Source: the human T2T-CHM13v2.0 reference genome, Homo sapiens
DNA length: 64,000 bases
Strand: one strand, 5' to 3'
Assembly: GCF_009914755.1 (NCBI RefSeq)
Contig: NC_060926.1
The translations under genes were made by a program, and so were the position numbers. Each line of letters starts with the position of its first letter. Within the stretch, counting starts at the first letter, position 1. Of the stretch, positions 38,252-51,372 are shown in pieces. A model generated the notes under the pieces. That model worked only from the letters and a program-made list of their open reading frames with translations. It ran no database searches and had not been told where the DNA came from.

Positions 38252-40133
38252 TTTTTAAGGAAAGAAAAGCTGTAGCTTCTCTCAGCAGTTTTAAATCCTG
38301 GAAGGGCATTAGGCAGGGAAGTCTAGAGTAGTGAATTTCCCATTAAATTTCCCTCTTCCATTTTATCTTAATTTTCCAGTCTCCATTTTAGTTCCTTTAA
38401 AAATCTGTCTAGCCAATCTTTCTTCTCTCATGTCCAGGGCTTGTCAGGGATGTGACCACTTACCACCTGCTGACCCTTCACCATTTAGTATTTTGCAGCG
38501 TTGACCTCCCTGCTGAGCCAGAAAGCCTGGACCAGATTGAGAAGAAATGCGTGTGAGTGGTTGTCCTTTGTTCTGCTCTTGGCTCCTCACTCTGACCATG
38601 TGTTCCAGGCAGGACTTCCAATTAGAATGCCTCAAAGAAAAGAGCAGATTGGAGATGCTATGTCCTCCTCCGCCGCCAGCAGGCCTGGGGGTGGCATAAT
38701 ATGCTGCCCAAAATCTTACTGGGAAAGACTTGCTTCCAAGGAAAGAAAATGTGGCGTTTCAGCCCACAGGTAGAGAATAGGAGAAATGGAAAGTATGGCA
38801 GATCTGGGCAGGGTTCTGCTGAGATTGATCAATGTATTCATAGCCTTACAATGAAATGAATATGTCCTAAAGCTGAGTATAATCTTTTCTTATAATTGTT
38901 GCATATTTTATGTGCCATGTCTCTATGTGAGCTGAAAGGAGCTTAAGCCTTATTTTACCTTTGGTATACTCTCCAGAGATACTATATATTTTATACATGT
39001 ATCTTTAGGTAAGAATGTAAGTGTCATAATACAGAGATTTAAGTTTTTGTTCACTGCTAAATTTCCAATGTCAGAATGGAACTTTAGCAGATAGTAAATA
39101 CCAGGGTGATATTTAAAATATTTAACTACCAGTTCAACATGGGCAGCAAACAATCAGAAGGCTATAGACAATCTGTGTGCTGGCATGAATGTCAGTCCTA
39201 GTAAGCACTCAGTGAAATTTGGTTGAATGAGGTACTAGTTAATAAGAGGTACTATTCTCATATAGGTGATGAATATGTAATTTTGAATTGATTTTTGAGA
39301 GTTTACCCACTTAAAATAGGTATTGGGCAATTCACACACACATGCACATACTAAAATAGGTGCATGAATATACTTACATGTATATAAAAAATGGTCAGCC
39401 TAACAAAGAAATAGAAATAAAAATAATATACCTTTGTGTTGTTGTTTCTTTGAACTTCAAAGGCTAATAATATTCCCTGAATTGGCATGGATATGGGGAC
39501 TGAATAGCTATAAATCTGTTATTCTACTCAGCCACTATATCCTGGAAAACAGCTTTATTCACATTGACCTGTAAGGGAGTAAATTGATAAAATATTACTG
39601 AATAGCAATCATACTGCAATTTGGTAATATGTTTCCCAAATCTTAAGTATATGTTGAAGAGTATTTGGCTGAGGAATTATGGCTCTAAAATTTTATTCTA
39701 AAGAAATACTTAAAGTAATTCTATTAATGTACAAGATTATATATTAAATATATAGGGATACTGATTGCAGCATTGTTAATAAATAAATTGGGAGCTGCTT
39801 AAATGTCCAACAACAGGAGATTGGTAAAGTGCATTATATTGCAGCTACACAAGTTGATCCTGTGCAGCTCTGTTATATGTTCATGAGGCCCCTGAATTGA
39901 TGGCAACTTGCACATTGTGGTCACACAAACAGACGCAGACTGATGTTTTTTCACCAAATTGCTGTAACAAAAATTATGCCTAAGAATATATTAAGTTCAG
40001 AATGTACTGAGTAGAAAAAGAAAAAAAAAAGGAAAAAGCAGTATTTATAATCTTTTTATTTCTTGTTAAAAAAAAACACATACCTAGATGGAATGTTCGA
40101 CACTTAAAAGAGATCAGATGGCACAAAATGTAG

Positions 40134-40547
40134 TCATATAGTTTGGATGTGTGTCCCCACCCAAATCTCACGTTGAATTGTAATGCCTAGTATTGGAGAT
40201 GGGGCCTGACTGGAGGTGATTGGATCCTGGAGGTAAATTTTTCATAAATGGTTTAGCACCATCCCTTGGTGCTGTCCTCATGATTGTGAGTAATTTATTG
40301 TGAGATTTGGCTGTTTAAAACTGTGTGGTGCCTTGTTCTCTTGCTCCTGCTCAGGCTGTGTGACATGCCTGCTCCCTGTTTGCCTTCTGCAATGATTGTA
40401 AGTTTCCTGAGGCCTCCCCAGAAGCCAAGAATATGCCAGCATTATGCTTCCTATACAGCCTGTGGAGCCGTGAGCCAATTCAACCTCTTTTCAAAATTAC
40501 CCAGTCTCAGGTATTTCTTTATAGCAATGCAAGAACAGACTAACACT
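40134..40547 (+). mobile_element. Solo MSTA LTR (MaLR)
   Basis: 'gtttggatgtgtgtccccacccaaatctca...aattacccagtctcaggtatttctttatagcaatgcaagaacagactaacac'; TSD tgtag/tatag. Confidence 0.92.
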
Positions 40548-40560
40548 TATAGATATAAGC

Positions 40561-40740
40561 TACTTGGATAGATATATAGATATATAAAATAGATAGATAT
40601 AGTGCCTATAAAATAGTTACTATATAGTTATCTATGTACCACTATATAGATACTTGGATAGATATATAGATATATAAAATAGATAGATATAGTGCCTATA
40701 AAATAGTTACTATATAGTTATCTATGTACCACTATATAGA
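40561..40740. repeat. Perfect 90-bp tandem duplication
   Basis: 40561-40650 is identical to 40651-40740. Confidence 0.95.
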
Positions 40741-40989
40741 TATAGAGGTAAGAAAAATCTGGAATAATACACTTCAATATGTTAATGGTGGTAATTTATT
40801 GGTAATTAGGGTAATAATATTTCTTTCTCTTTTATATCTTGGTTAATCCATATCTTCTAAGTTTTCTACAATTGCTATGTATTTTTTGTGAAGTTCAGAA
40901 TAAATAATAATAAGTGGGAAAAAAGTAGCCCCAAGAGACATTTGTAAGAGCAAGTAGTCCTGCCCAAGTGAAGTGGCATGGGCTTTGGA

Positions 40990-41200
40990 CCTGGACATAT
41001 CCCAGTTTGATTTCTTGGCTTTTTCTGTGTGACCCTGGACAAAGCAGTCAACCATCTAACTTCTTATTTATCCATTGAATAGGTGAGTAACTCCTGCCTT
41101 GCAGAATGGTCTTAAGGATTCTCGGTGATTTGTATAAAGGCCCTCACATGCTATCCAGCACAAGATAGACCTTTGGTCAATTGTTATTGATTATTACTGG
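40990..41200 (+). mobile_element. MIR
   Basis: 'ctgtgtgaccctggacaaagcagtcaacc'. Confidence 0.6.
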
Positions 41201-41358
41201 TGTTGGGAGACTATCCCTTTTTAAATTTGAAAGATATCAATCTTTGGCTTTTCTCTTTAAGATCCATCTTCATGAGCCCAGATTGGAAACCTGCCTATTA
41301 GGGAACTCAGTATTGTCATGAGTGGTAACCACGCAATGGCATTTTGATAAAGGAGCCG

Positions 41359-41765
41359 TGTGTTAGTCCACTTTGTATGGATACAAAGGAACATCTGGAG
41401 CTGAGTCATTTATAAAGAAAAGAGGTTTATTTGGCTCATGGTTCTGCAGGCTGCACAGGAAACATGGCACCAGCACCTGCTTCTGGTGAGGGCTTAGGAA
41501 GCTGACAATCATGGTGGAAGGCAAAGGGGGAGCAGATGTGTCATATGGCAAGAGAAGGGAGGAGGTGCCAGGCTCTTTCAAACAATCAGCTCTCATATGA
41601 GTGAAATACTGCAAGGACTCACCAATTACCACAAGGAGGGCACAAAGCTATTCATGAGGGATCCACCTCTATGACCCAAACACCTCCCACTAGCCCCCAC
41701 CTTCCAAGTAGGGGGTCACGTTTCAACATGAGATTTGGCGAGGGGTACAGACATCCAAACTATGA
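41359..41765 (-). mobile_element. Solo MSTB LTR (MaLR)
   Basis: 'tttataaagaaaagaggtttatttggctcatggttctgcaggctg...tttcaacatgagatttgg'; TSD agccg/agccc. Confidence 0.9.
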
Positions 41766-42010
41766 AGCCCTGTATAATAAAAAGAATCTCAGTCTAGGAA
41801 TAGTTTAAAAATGGGTTTAGGATTTTGAATTGCCATCCTTAGGTTAGGGGTATAGTACATATCTGCTCAAGTAGAGTACATTGTATCTTGAGGGTAACAT
41901 CCCCTCCTTGACACATATATACATACATGCATATTATAGAGCACAGATCAATGGTTTTGTAAACCAAGAGGTGCTTTGTGCGCTGAGCTTTTTCTTTAAA
42001 ACTAAAATAA

Positions 42011-42313
42011 GGCTGCCATGGTGGCTCATGCCTGTAATCCCAGCACTTCAGGAGGCGGAGGTGGGCAGATCACTTGAGGTCAGGAGTTTGAGAACAGCCT
42101 GGCCAACATGGTAAAACCTTATCTCTACTAAAAACACAAAAATTGGCTGGTCATGATGGCACACGCCTGTAATCCCAGCCACTTAGGAGGCTGAGGCACT
42201 AGAATCACCTAAACCCAGGAGGTGGAGGTTGCAGTGACCCAAAATTGCACCACTGGACTCCAGCCTGGGTGACAGAATGAGACTCTGTTTAACTAACTAA
42301 ATAAATAAATAAA
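42011..42313 (+). mobile_element. AluS (Sz/Sx-like) with (TAAA)n tail
   Basis: Alu dimer; TSD taaaataa. Confidence 0.93.
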
Positions 42314-44659
42314 TAAAATAATTGGCAAATGCACAGATATAAACATGGACCCACAGACACAAACATACATGCATACACATGTACATACCTAACTCTCTAT
42401 TGCCATCACTAGAAGAACTGAGTGATACTGGAGTTTTTGTCCTCATCTTCTCTTCTTCCCATCCTTTGCCACATTTCTTTGCCTCCTGGGAATCAAAGTG
42501 ACACTCCAAGGATATTTTCAGGGGACTAAGTGCACAATTCAGTGAGTAGAACAGATCTCTGAGAGTTGTCTTGTGGATATGAACTGAAGTTGTTCTAAAT
42601 AAAGGTGTTGTTTGAGGGTGGCAGGGAAGAAAGAGGGCCCTCAGTCATCCTCAGTTTCCTACTTGTTCGCATGTGGCCAGTTCCACCCCTGTCAGACCAG
42701 GCTGTTTCTAGTTTGCAACTACAAAACAGAGTTGGTGTCAGTGCAAAATCCTCAGCCATTACCTTTTTTCACTTACAGCTGGTTTAACTAACCAATATAA
42801 TTAAAATATGAAAGAACAAACAGCTCTTTAAATTTAAAAAAGAAATTGCTATGATATAAGCAAGAATATTATGTAGATTGTAGCAACTAATCACAATTAA
42901 TACATCTTTATAAAGTTGAATCTGTAAAGATACGTTAACACCAAAGGTGGGGCTGTGAATTTTTTAGGCACAGTCAATTTAATTCTGTACTGGAACTTAA
43001 TACCCCAACAAACAACTGCTTTTAATCTATCTTTATGGCATTATTATTAAAAGATAAGTATCATTTAAGGAAATGACTCTATCACTGTTTAGCTGTTCCC
43101 ATAAAAAGCTTTCCTCTTTTACAACTTGTAATTTGGCTTCTGGAAAAACAGCAATACTGCAGGACAGGTAAGAATGAAATTCTTAGGATTTAAAATACTT
43201 TTTTGGTGTGGGGGGCTGTTGTAATTGAGTTAGGATTCAAATTTTTTTATATATGCATGAACTAATATGGGGAAATACGGTAGGAGTCCAGAAAACACAA
43301 TTAAATACCTTTTTCTTACCAAATTTGTGTGTAAGCAGGCCTGAGTCTCCTCAATATTGGTAAGGAGTTAAAGGTTCTATTTAATGAATAAATGTATTTA
43401 TCTAAACCCTGTCTTTATTCCTGGTGTCACTGACTTTACCACAAGATCCCAACATGTGTTCCATTCCCAGGTGGTCTAGTTCTATGCTAATTAAGATAAC
43501 TCCCTATGGCAAGCTATTCCTTACACCCAGGGAAATTTCCTTAGGAGGGAGGAGCATGTAATAGGGAATCTGAGGCCTGCATGCAAGGCTCAACTATACC
43601 ATTCATCAGCTATGGAACCACTGGTAAATAAACTACACTTTCTTTATCTGAATGTCTCATCTTAATATACATAGAAATATAATCCCCCATCTTGGCATAC
43701 ACAACATAGGTGTATTATAGTATTCTGTGAAGCATAATGTAGATGACATACCAAAACTGCAGAGCATTATATAATGTAAGCTCTGATTACAATTTGGTAA
43801 AGATTGGCCATTTGCACGGATGACATGTGAACTTGACTAGTGATGTAGCCAATCAAATTAATGTAGACAGACAGTCATCTAAGCAAGTCCTCAAAGAATA
43901 GCCCAGAGTTGGATAATTAGGGGTACCCCTGGATGAAAAATATTTTACCTTTCCGGGTCTCAGTTTTCTAAGTGAGTAAAAGAAATAATTGCATGTAAAG
44001 ACTTAAAGACTTAACCAGCACTGAGTTTTAGAAGATAAAAACTATTTTCAAAAACAGTTATTGCCTATGTTGTTTTAAAGTAAGATATTTTTCACAGCTC
44101 TAATGTCCTTTGATCTTTTTTGTAATAGAAAGGGAAGCTACCACTGAGATCTGCTATGTTGGCATCACAGTGTCCAAAAGTATTCAATAACAGATAAATA
44201 GAAAATGAAAATAAAAAGATCAGAGTATCCCCTGGGAATCTGGCAAACAGCATCGTGCCCAGCCATTTCAATCACAGGCCAGTCTAGAGGTTCAGATGCA
44301 ATAGGTTTCACTTAACTCACTGGGAGACTTGCACCTACTCCAGTTTCCCAAACTAGGTCCCCCTGATATTCAGGGTTTCATGTCTAACACAGAATTGGCA
44401 AGCCAGCTTTACCAACAGTCTCTGGGGTATAACTGGACTTCCAGTTCCTCAAAGAATTTTATGTTACAAAATGGCCCCACTGGGTGACCATAGAATTTTC
44501 ACATTGCTACTACATGATGAAGCAGGGCAACTGTAATCAGATTTGAAAAATATGTCAAATGAATGAGTCTGATGGAAATTCTGCAAATTGTCCACATGGA
44601 CCCCCTGGTAAAGTGGGTTGATTAAATGAATGACTAAACCATTTGATGAAATGAGGAGT

Positions 44660-44900
44660 TGGATAGCGTAGCAAACATTTATTGAGCACTTACTATACTT
44701 CAGGCACTATCTTGTATTTCACAAGCATCATTTGACTTACCCTCTGAACATCTATTTAAGGAAGGTGCTGTTAGCCCAATTCTCACCAACAAAGGAAAGA
44801 ATTGAGGCATGGAGAGGTTAAGTAACTTGCCCAAAGCCACACCTACCCAGGAAGCTTCCTCCAGAGTGAATGAAGAGGCAGAATAGCAGCTAATTGCAGA
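44660..44900 (-). mobile_element. MIR
   Basis: 'aacatttattgagcacttactat...gaaagaattgaggcatggagaggttaagtaacttgcccaaagccacac'. Confidence 0.85.
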
Positions 44901-45903
44901 CGAGACCCAAAGCGCAAGTTTAACTCTGTTCAGCATTATGAGTGCTGAGCTGTACACAGCCTTTTCAACCAGACATGCACACCTCTGTGAACTGTAACAC
45001 CTTTAATATCATTAAATTAATTTCATTAAATCCCTGCACAGAGGACACCTCATGCCTCCAAAGGAGGTGTTCAATGTTCTAGGTTTCAGGTGGCAAGTAT
45101 AATTTGTTTTCTATTCCACTAGAAAGAAACAAGAATGACCATTTCACATTAACTTCACACTGAGCAGAGATGATAAAGGATGATCGATTCTTTTAGTTTC
45201 ATGCTCTTTGGTACCATTTAAAATTTTAGTGTAGACTGAACAAAAATTGATTATAACACTTTGATAGTTCCACCAATCTGTGTGTGTGTGAGAGAGGGAG
45301 AGGAATGTGTGAATGCAAGCATGTGCCCATGAATCATGAGGTTATTTAAGGAGAGAGTATGCTTGGAAAAAAAAAAAAAAAAAAGCAAAGACTAAATAGA
45401 ATAAATAGATTTCTAAGAATATTTCTGAAGTTTTCCAGTTATATTCAGATTGCTATTTATTACAGAAAACTGGGGCAGTCTTGCCTTATTTTCAGCACTT
45501 CTACGCAGAGTAGAGAATGACTGGTGCTAGAGCTGAATCGTAGCAGTGATTTTGTGTCATGGAAAATGATGTCAATACAGTTTGAAGTAGTTATGTTTGA
45601 ATGGGATCTAATCCTTTGGGCAACAACAGTTGAGATATCGCCTAAGTGAAAAGTTGAACAAGTTCAATACGGGACTTATTTTAGCTCTCTAAACTATTGT
45701 TTCAAGCTTTACCTAACACAAAAGCTTTATGAGAAGTTTCTTTAAGTCTCTGCATTAGAATCTATTGTCACCTTGGTAGGAATTAGAATCTGAATGTAGA
45801 GCTGAAAAGAACCTTAATGAAAGCTGTGTAGTGTTGATATTGTTGGGTGTATTCCTATGGGCAGAAACTGTACATCATTTCAGAAGGCAGATTCCCATTC
45901 TCA

Positions 45904-45988
45904 TGGGGCTGCCAGTGCACAACTCTAGGGGGACGCCACTCACATAGAATGCATGTCCTTCAGCTATTCAATGTGTCAGCTCGGGCAG
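45904..45988. mobile_element. MER91-like hAT fragment
   Basis: 'cagtgcacaactctagggggacgccactcacatag'. Confidence 0.6.
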
Positions 45989-46152
45989 GGTAGGGAGGGG
46001 GAGATTTTAAAAAGTGGGTTGTAGCAAAGTGGAAAGGTAATCTTGGTGACAGTTGAAATTAAAATGCAAGTTATAGAATTCTATCTATGAAATTGTGGCC
46101 AATATGTAAAAATTAAGTGTCTGTTTTTTCAACGACTAGAAAATGCCCTACA

Positions 46153-46531
<379 letters not shown>

Positions 46532-46847
46532 TTAATATTGCTATTTAAGTAAAATAATATTATTTTAAACAGCCATAGCCTCCAAGTTGCTGTGCACACT
46601 TATTTAGAGGAAAGGCATGCTTGAGGTTTTCTACTCGAGGAAAATCAGGCAGTCAAGCTCCATCATTTGACAACGGGAGAAATGAGGTCTAAAATGCTGA
46701 GGCCATTTGGTTAGGGACACACAAGCAGTGACCAAGTGGGATCTCAGCTCAGAGATTTCTACCCCTATAACAAGGTGACTTCCTACCATCTCTCACCCTT
46801 GGGAATTTTTCTCCTTCCTTACTAATCATTCATATTCTGATAACTTC

Positions 46848-47300
46848 TGCAGTAGGCTGAATAATGGCAATCCAAATATATCAGGTCCTAATTTCTGGAG
46901 CCTATAATTTTATCTTATTTGTAAAAAGAGTCTTTGCAGATGTAATTAAATTAAGAATATTGAGATGAAGGGATTATCCTGTATTATCTGGGTGGGACCT
47001 AAATGTTATCACAAGTGTCTTTGTGATACTTGTGGGAAGAGATTCAATACAACACAGAAGAAGAGATACAAAGATGGAGACAGAGACTGCAGGGATGTGG
47101 CCACAAGCCAAAAACACCAAGGAAAAGTGGTAATCACCAGAAGCTGAAAGAGGCTTGCTTCCCTGCAGCCTCTGGGGGGAGCGGAGCTCCATCAACACCT
47201 TAATTCCTGGCTTCCAGGTTCTAGCACTATGAGAATAAATGTCTGTTGTTTTAAGCCAGTTTGGAATAATTTATAATGGCAGCCATAGGAAACTAATACA
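46848..47300 (+). mobile_element. Solo MLT1C/D LTR (MaLR)
   Basis: 'tgcagtaggctgaataatgg...ctttgcagatgtaattaaattaag...gcagccataggaaactaataca'; TSD acttc/actcc. Confidence 0.88.
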
Positions 47301-47739
47301 ACTCCCAACTTTATTTCTCTAATGCTGACCTCTCTTCTGAATTGAGATTCAAATTTCTATCTTGTGGGTGACTCAATTGCAATTCCCAAATCCCCACTAG
47401 CTGCCTTCTCCCCTCCCCTCAATATGCTTCCTAGTTCAGGTAATCACTCACCAATTCTTAATCACACTGGGTTTTACCTCTTTTCTCTTATTCTCCACAT
47501 CTGATTCTTCACATTTGGTATCCTGAAAACATTGTGTGGGTCATCACCCACTGCCCACTCCCAGCACTGCTAATCTGAGCTAGGTCCTTATCACTTACGT
47601 CTCATCTTAGCTTTTCGCATACTTTGTACTCCCATTCTCTAATTTGCTCTCTATTATACCAACAGAATCACCTTTCTAAAAATGGCAAAGATGGTAGATA
47701 TCCCTATATTTGAAAATTCCTGTAGAATTAAGTCCAATA

Positions 47740-48010
47740 TTAGAGCGTTGCTAAGACAGCAAGAAAGTGCAAGCTCTGGAGATGTGACCACCTGGGTTCC
47801 ACTCTTCTGGACTCTGCCACTTACTAGCTTGGGGAGTTTAGGCAGGTTGCTTATCTGTATTTCATTCCTCCCTCTATAAATTGAGGATAACGTTAGTGCC
47901 TCCCTTATAAAGGGGCCATCAAGAATAAATAAACGGATATCTGTAAAGCCCTCAGAAGAGTATGTTGATCACCAATGGAATAGCAGAAAAAGTATGGTTT
48001 GTCAATAATA
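47740..48010 (+). mobile_element. MIR
   Basis: 'cctgggttccac...ctctgccacttactagcttgg...cctctataaattgaggataa'. Confidence 0.8.
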
Positions 48011-48051
48011 GCAATTATAATATCTAAAATAAATATTGGCTGTGTTTAATA

Positions 48052-48340
48052 TGTCTCACTCTGTCACTCAGGCTGAAGTGCGGTGGCCCAGTCATAGCTT
48101 ACTGCAAACTTGAAATCCTGGGCTCAAGCAATACTCCTACTTCAACCTCCTGGGTAGCTGGGACTACTCATGCCACCATGCCCAGGTAATTAATTATTAT
48201 TATTATTATTATTATTATTTTTGTAGAGACAGGGTTTTGCTGTGTTGCCCAGGCTGGTCTCCAACTTCTGGCGTTAAGTCATCCCCCTACCTCAACCTCC
48301 CAAACTGCTGGGATTGCAAGTATGAGTCATTGCACCCAGC
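48052..48340 (-). mobile_element. AluJ (tail lost; (ATT)n linker)
   Basis: 'catagcttactgcaaacttgaaatcctgggctcaagcaat', 'tttgtagagacagggttttgctgtgttgcccaggctgg'. Confidence 0.88.
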
Positions 48341-48404
48341 ACCTTTGGAGTTTTTACATTCCAGTCATGTTTACTGTTACAATCTCATGTTATGCCAACT
48401 TGTC

Positions 48405-49258
48405 TGTATTTGTCAGTTTTTTTTCCAAAGAAATGGGACCAATGGGAAATACATATATTACAGGTTGAGCATCCCTATTCCAAAAGTCTGAATCTGAAGT
48501 GCTTCCAACTCTGAAACTTTTTGAGGAACAATATGACACCACAAGTGGCAAGTTCCACACCTGATCTCATGTGATGGGTCACAGTCAAAATGCAGTCAAA
48601 AATTTGTTTCATGCACAAAATTATTTATTAAAATATTAAAATAGAAAATGACCTCCAGGTTATGTGTATAAAGTGTATATACATAAATAAATTTCATGTT
48701 GAGACTTGGTTGCCATTCCCACAATATCTCATTGTGTATATGCAAATACTTAAAAAAAAAAAAAACAACCCAAATCCCAAATCTGAAACACTTCTGGTCC
48801 CATGCACTTCAGGTGAAGGATACTCAACCTGCATAAGGAATTGCTCATCTAATTACCGAGACTGAAAAGTGCCAAAACCTGCAGTCAGCAAGCTGGAGAC
48901 CCCATAAAGCAGATAGCATAGCTCCAGTTTGAAGGCTGGCAGACTAGACACCCAAAAGAATCCATACTTCAGTTTGAGTCTGACAGCAGAAAACAACCAG
49001 TGTCCCAGATTGAAGAGACTTGGGCAGATGGAGTTCCTTTTACTCAAGGGAGGGTCAGCCTTTTTGTTCTATTCAGGCCTTCGACTAATTGAATGAGGCC
49101 CACCAACCTTAGGGGGAGTAATCTGCTTCACCTAGTCTACTAATTCAGATGCTAATCTCATTCAAAACACTCTCGTAGAAGCCCCTAGAATAATGTTTTA
49201 CCAAGTATCTGGGCGCCCTGTGGACCAGTCAAGTACACACATAAAATCAACCATCACA
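48405..49258 (-). mobile_element. MLT2D-type ERVL LTR, interrupted by Tigger4b
   Basis: 'gggtcagcctttttgttctattcaggccttc...cacataaaatcaaccatcaca'. Confidence 0.85.
48461..48831 (+). mobile_element. Tigger4b (Zombi/MER46) non-autonomous DNA transposon
   Basis: Terminal inverted repeats caggttgagcatccc and ggatactcaacctg; TA on the left flank, CA on the right. Confidence 0.88.
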
Positions 49259-50397
49259 CCTTCCTAACCACACTCTGTGCCAGCTCAGCAGACTCTTGGC
49301 AATTTCCTCAACAGAGCTGGCCCTCTTGTGTCTTCTTGCCTTGGCTCATATTGAATTTCTTTCTTTTTTTTTTTAGATTATTTCATTCTTCATTCACATT
49401 GTTCCTCTGCTGTGTCCTGGAAAAGCCCTATTTATTCTTCACAACTGAGTTCAAACCTTACCATCTTCTCTACTTGTGAACTCAATTCTTTCTCCTTCCA
49501 TAATGACATTAGACTATTCCTATCTCTGTTTCCCAAAAGCATTTAATGCATGGAATGGATCACATTGTTTTAAAATTAGATATGCAGCCGTCTATTAAAG
49601 TCAGACATTATAGAGGACAGAAACATAGCTTTACATTTTGTTTCTTAGTATTCCTAGTGCCTGACCCAGTGCCTGGTATATCCTAGATGCACAATACATA
49701 TATGTTGAACTAATCCGTGGCCCTTTGTGAAAACAGAAAAGATGAGCCTTTCTAGTGAGCAAATTGAAGTTCCAGTCAACTGCAGATTTGCCATTCCCTA
49801 AGTGAAGTTTTTCCCAGAAGGCATTCTGCCACTCATTCCCTGCAGAGGGAATTTGGGGACGACCAGCAGGAGTACCCTGGCTGAGCTGAATTACTGTGAT
49901 GGTGCCTAGGGAGAGAGGCAATCTTTGAGGCACCCAGGCGGTAACCTTTATTTAATTGGCAAGATGGAAATCAATGACACATATGGCATTAACAATTTTA
50001 GATTCTGGATTAGTTTGCAGTGATATCTGTTGATTAAAAAAATAGATTCAAATAATCTTCAAACCATTTTCATGTCCAGGAAAAATCCCAAGGCATTTGT
50101 TACATTTCTTAATAAGAAATCAGATATTTAAACTTGCATAAAGAACAAAAACAAAAATCCAGCAATTACATAAAAAGTTATCTAAAAAGATATATATGTT
50201 AAATAAAACATATAGGTTGTAAAAATATGATTCCCCTGCCTTTGTTTTTCTTGCCCAAGAAATATGTCTATTACCCTTTATTTTTTATTTTAAATTTTAA
50301 AAAATATTGAAGATAAACAATATTGGTGCATATCAATCAAGTTGCTGAAAAACACTCCTCCAAACCAAAATGAAATAGCTATTTGTCTTAGTAATTA

Positions 50398-50700
50398 ACT
50401 ACATCATTTGAGGTTTGCTGCAGGAAACAGAAACTGCCTTAGGTATTTTAAACAGAAAGGAATTTAATGCAGGAAATTAAGAGCTTAGAAAATTACTGGG
50501 AAGGCTGGAGGCGTGGATGTCAGGGGACACTGAGGAGACAGCTCAGTGGCCAAACACCGCTACTGCATTGCTGATGCTGCATCTGCCACCACTAACCCTT
50601 GACACCCAGAAGCTGCTGACTCAACATGGGAATGTGTCCCTTATCACTCACATCTCCATGACCTCACTTAACAGAAGAAACAGCAGTAGTAGCACAGTCT
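50398..50700 (-). mobile_element. Old ERVL/MaLR LTR fragment
   Basis: 'caggaaacagaaactgccttaggtattttaaacagaaaggaatttaatgcaggaaatt'. Confidence 0.5.
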
Positions 50701-51035
50701 TGTTGAAGAGTCAATATGACATACACTTTGGAAGACCAATCTACAGCATTTGTGTACTTTGTTATATAAACTTAGAAGAGAAACTTACAGATCTAGTCCA
50801 AATCCTGTATGAGAACGTTTTAGAAACTGATACTCTGTGTTCTCAAAAGAACTTTTTAGTTTGTAAAATAACTAAGCTAACACAAAAGATCAGTTTGTCA
50901 AGTCAGACTTTCACAAGTCAAGGATCTTCCCCAGTTTCCAGCTTTATTAATAATCCCAAAAAGATATAAGCACTCAAAAGGTGCATGCAAAGCACAGGAC
51001 AGGTCTGGGACTTTGATGGAGGCTCCCTGTGACTT

Positions 51036-51038
<3 letters not shown>

Positions 51039-51091
<53 letters not shown>

Positions 51092-51092
51092 C
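51039..51092. repeat. (CA)n microsatellite, about 27 units with one interruption
   Basis: Visible directly. Confidence 0.97.
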
Positions 51093-51372
51093 CATGATCA
51101 GATGAAGTCTCTAATGGAAGGATGCAGGTTGCCTCACATAGCAGAAAACATTTTGGTTATAAAATATCTCCATTTTATACCCCAGATGGTCACCTAATTT
51201 ATGTGACATTTTCAAGGAAATTCATAAGTCCTGGGTTTGTTTACCTTAACCCTAAACCAGGTTTATCCTACTAAGATGATATTATGCAATCAATACAAAC
51301 TCCCTTCCTGAGCAATATCAGTAGTATATTTACCAAGAGGTTCAGCTTGTTTGTAAGGAAATAAGACCAGGT

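Larger units (their letters stand above)
39680..40900 (+). mobile_element. L1M (L1ME-like) 3' remnant interrupted by MSTA
   Basis: 'gattgcagcattgttaata...cttaaatgtccaacaacaggagattggtaaa'; after the MST 'aaaatctggaataatacac...tgttaatggtggt'. Confidence 0.65.
47310..49710 (+). mobile_element. L2 LINE remnant hosting nested MIR, AluJ, MLT2D and Tigger4b
   Basis: 'gctgacctctcttctgaattgagattc'; 3' end 'gtgcctgacccagtgcctggtatatcctagatgcacaatacatatatgttgaa'. Confidence 0.65.

Noticed and set aside
40561-40740. CRISPR-like or prokaryotic repeat array
   Set aside because: Only two adjacent identical units with no spacers, in human DNA; no cas or other microbial genes in the window.
50517-50969. 150-aa ATG-initiated ORF
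   Set aside because: It starts within an LTR remnant, has no recognisable domain, and shows no convincing splice or promoter context.
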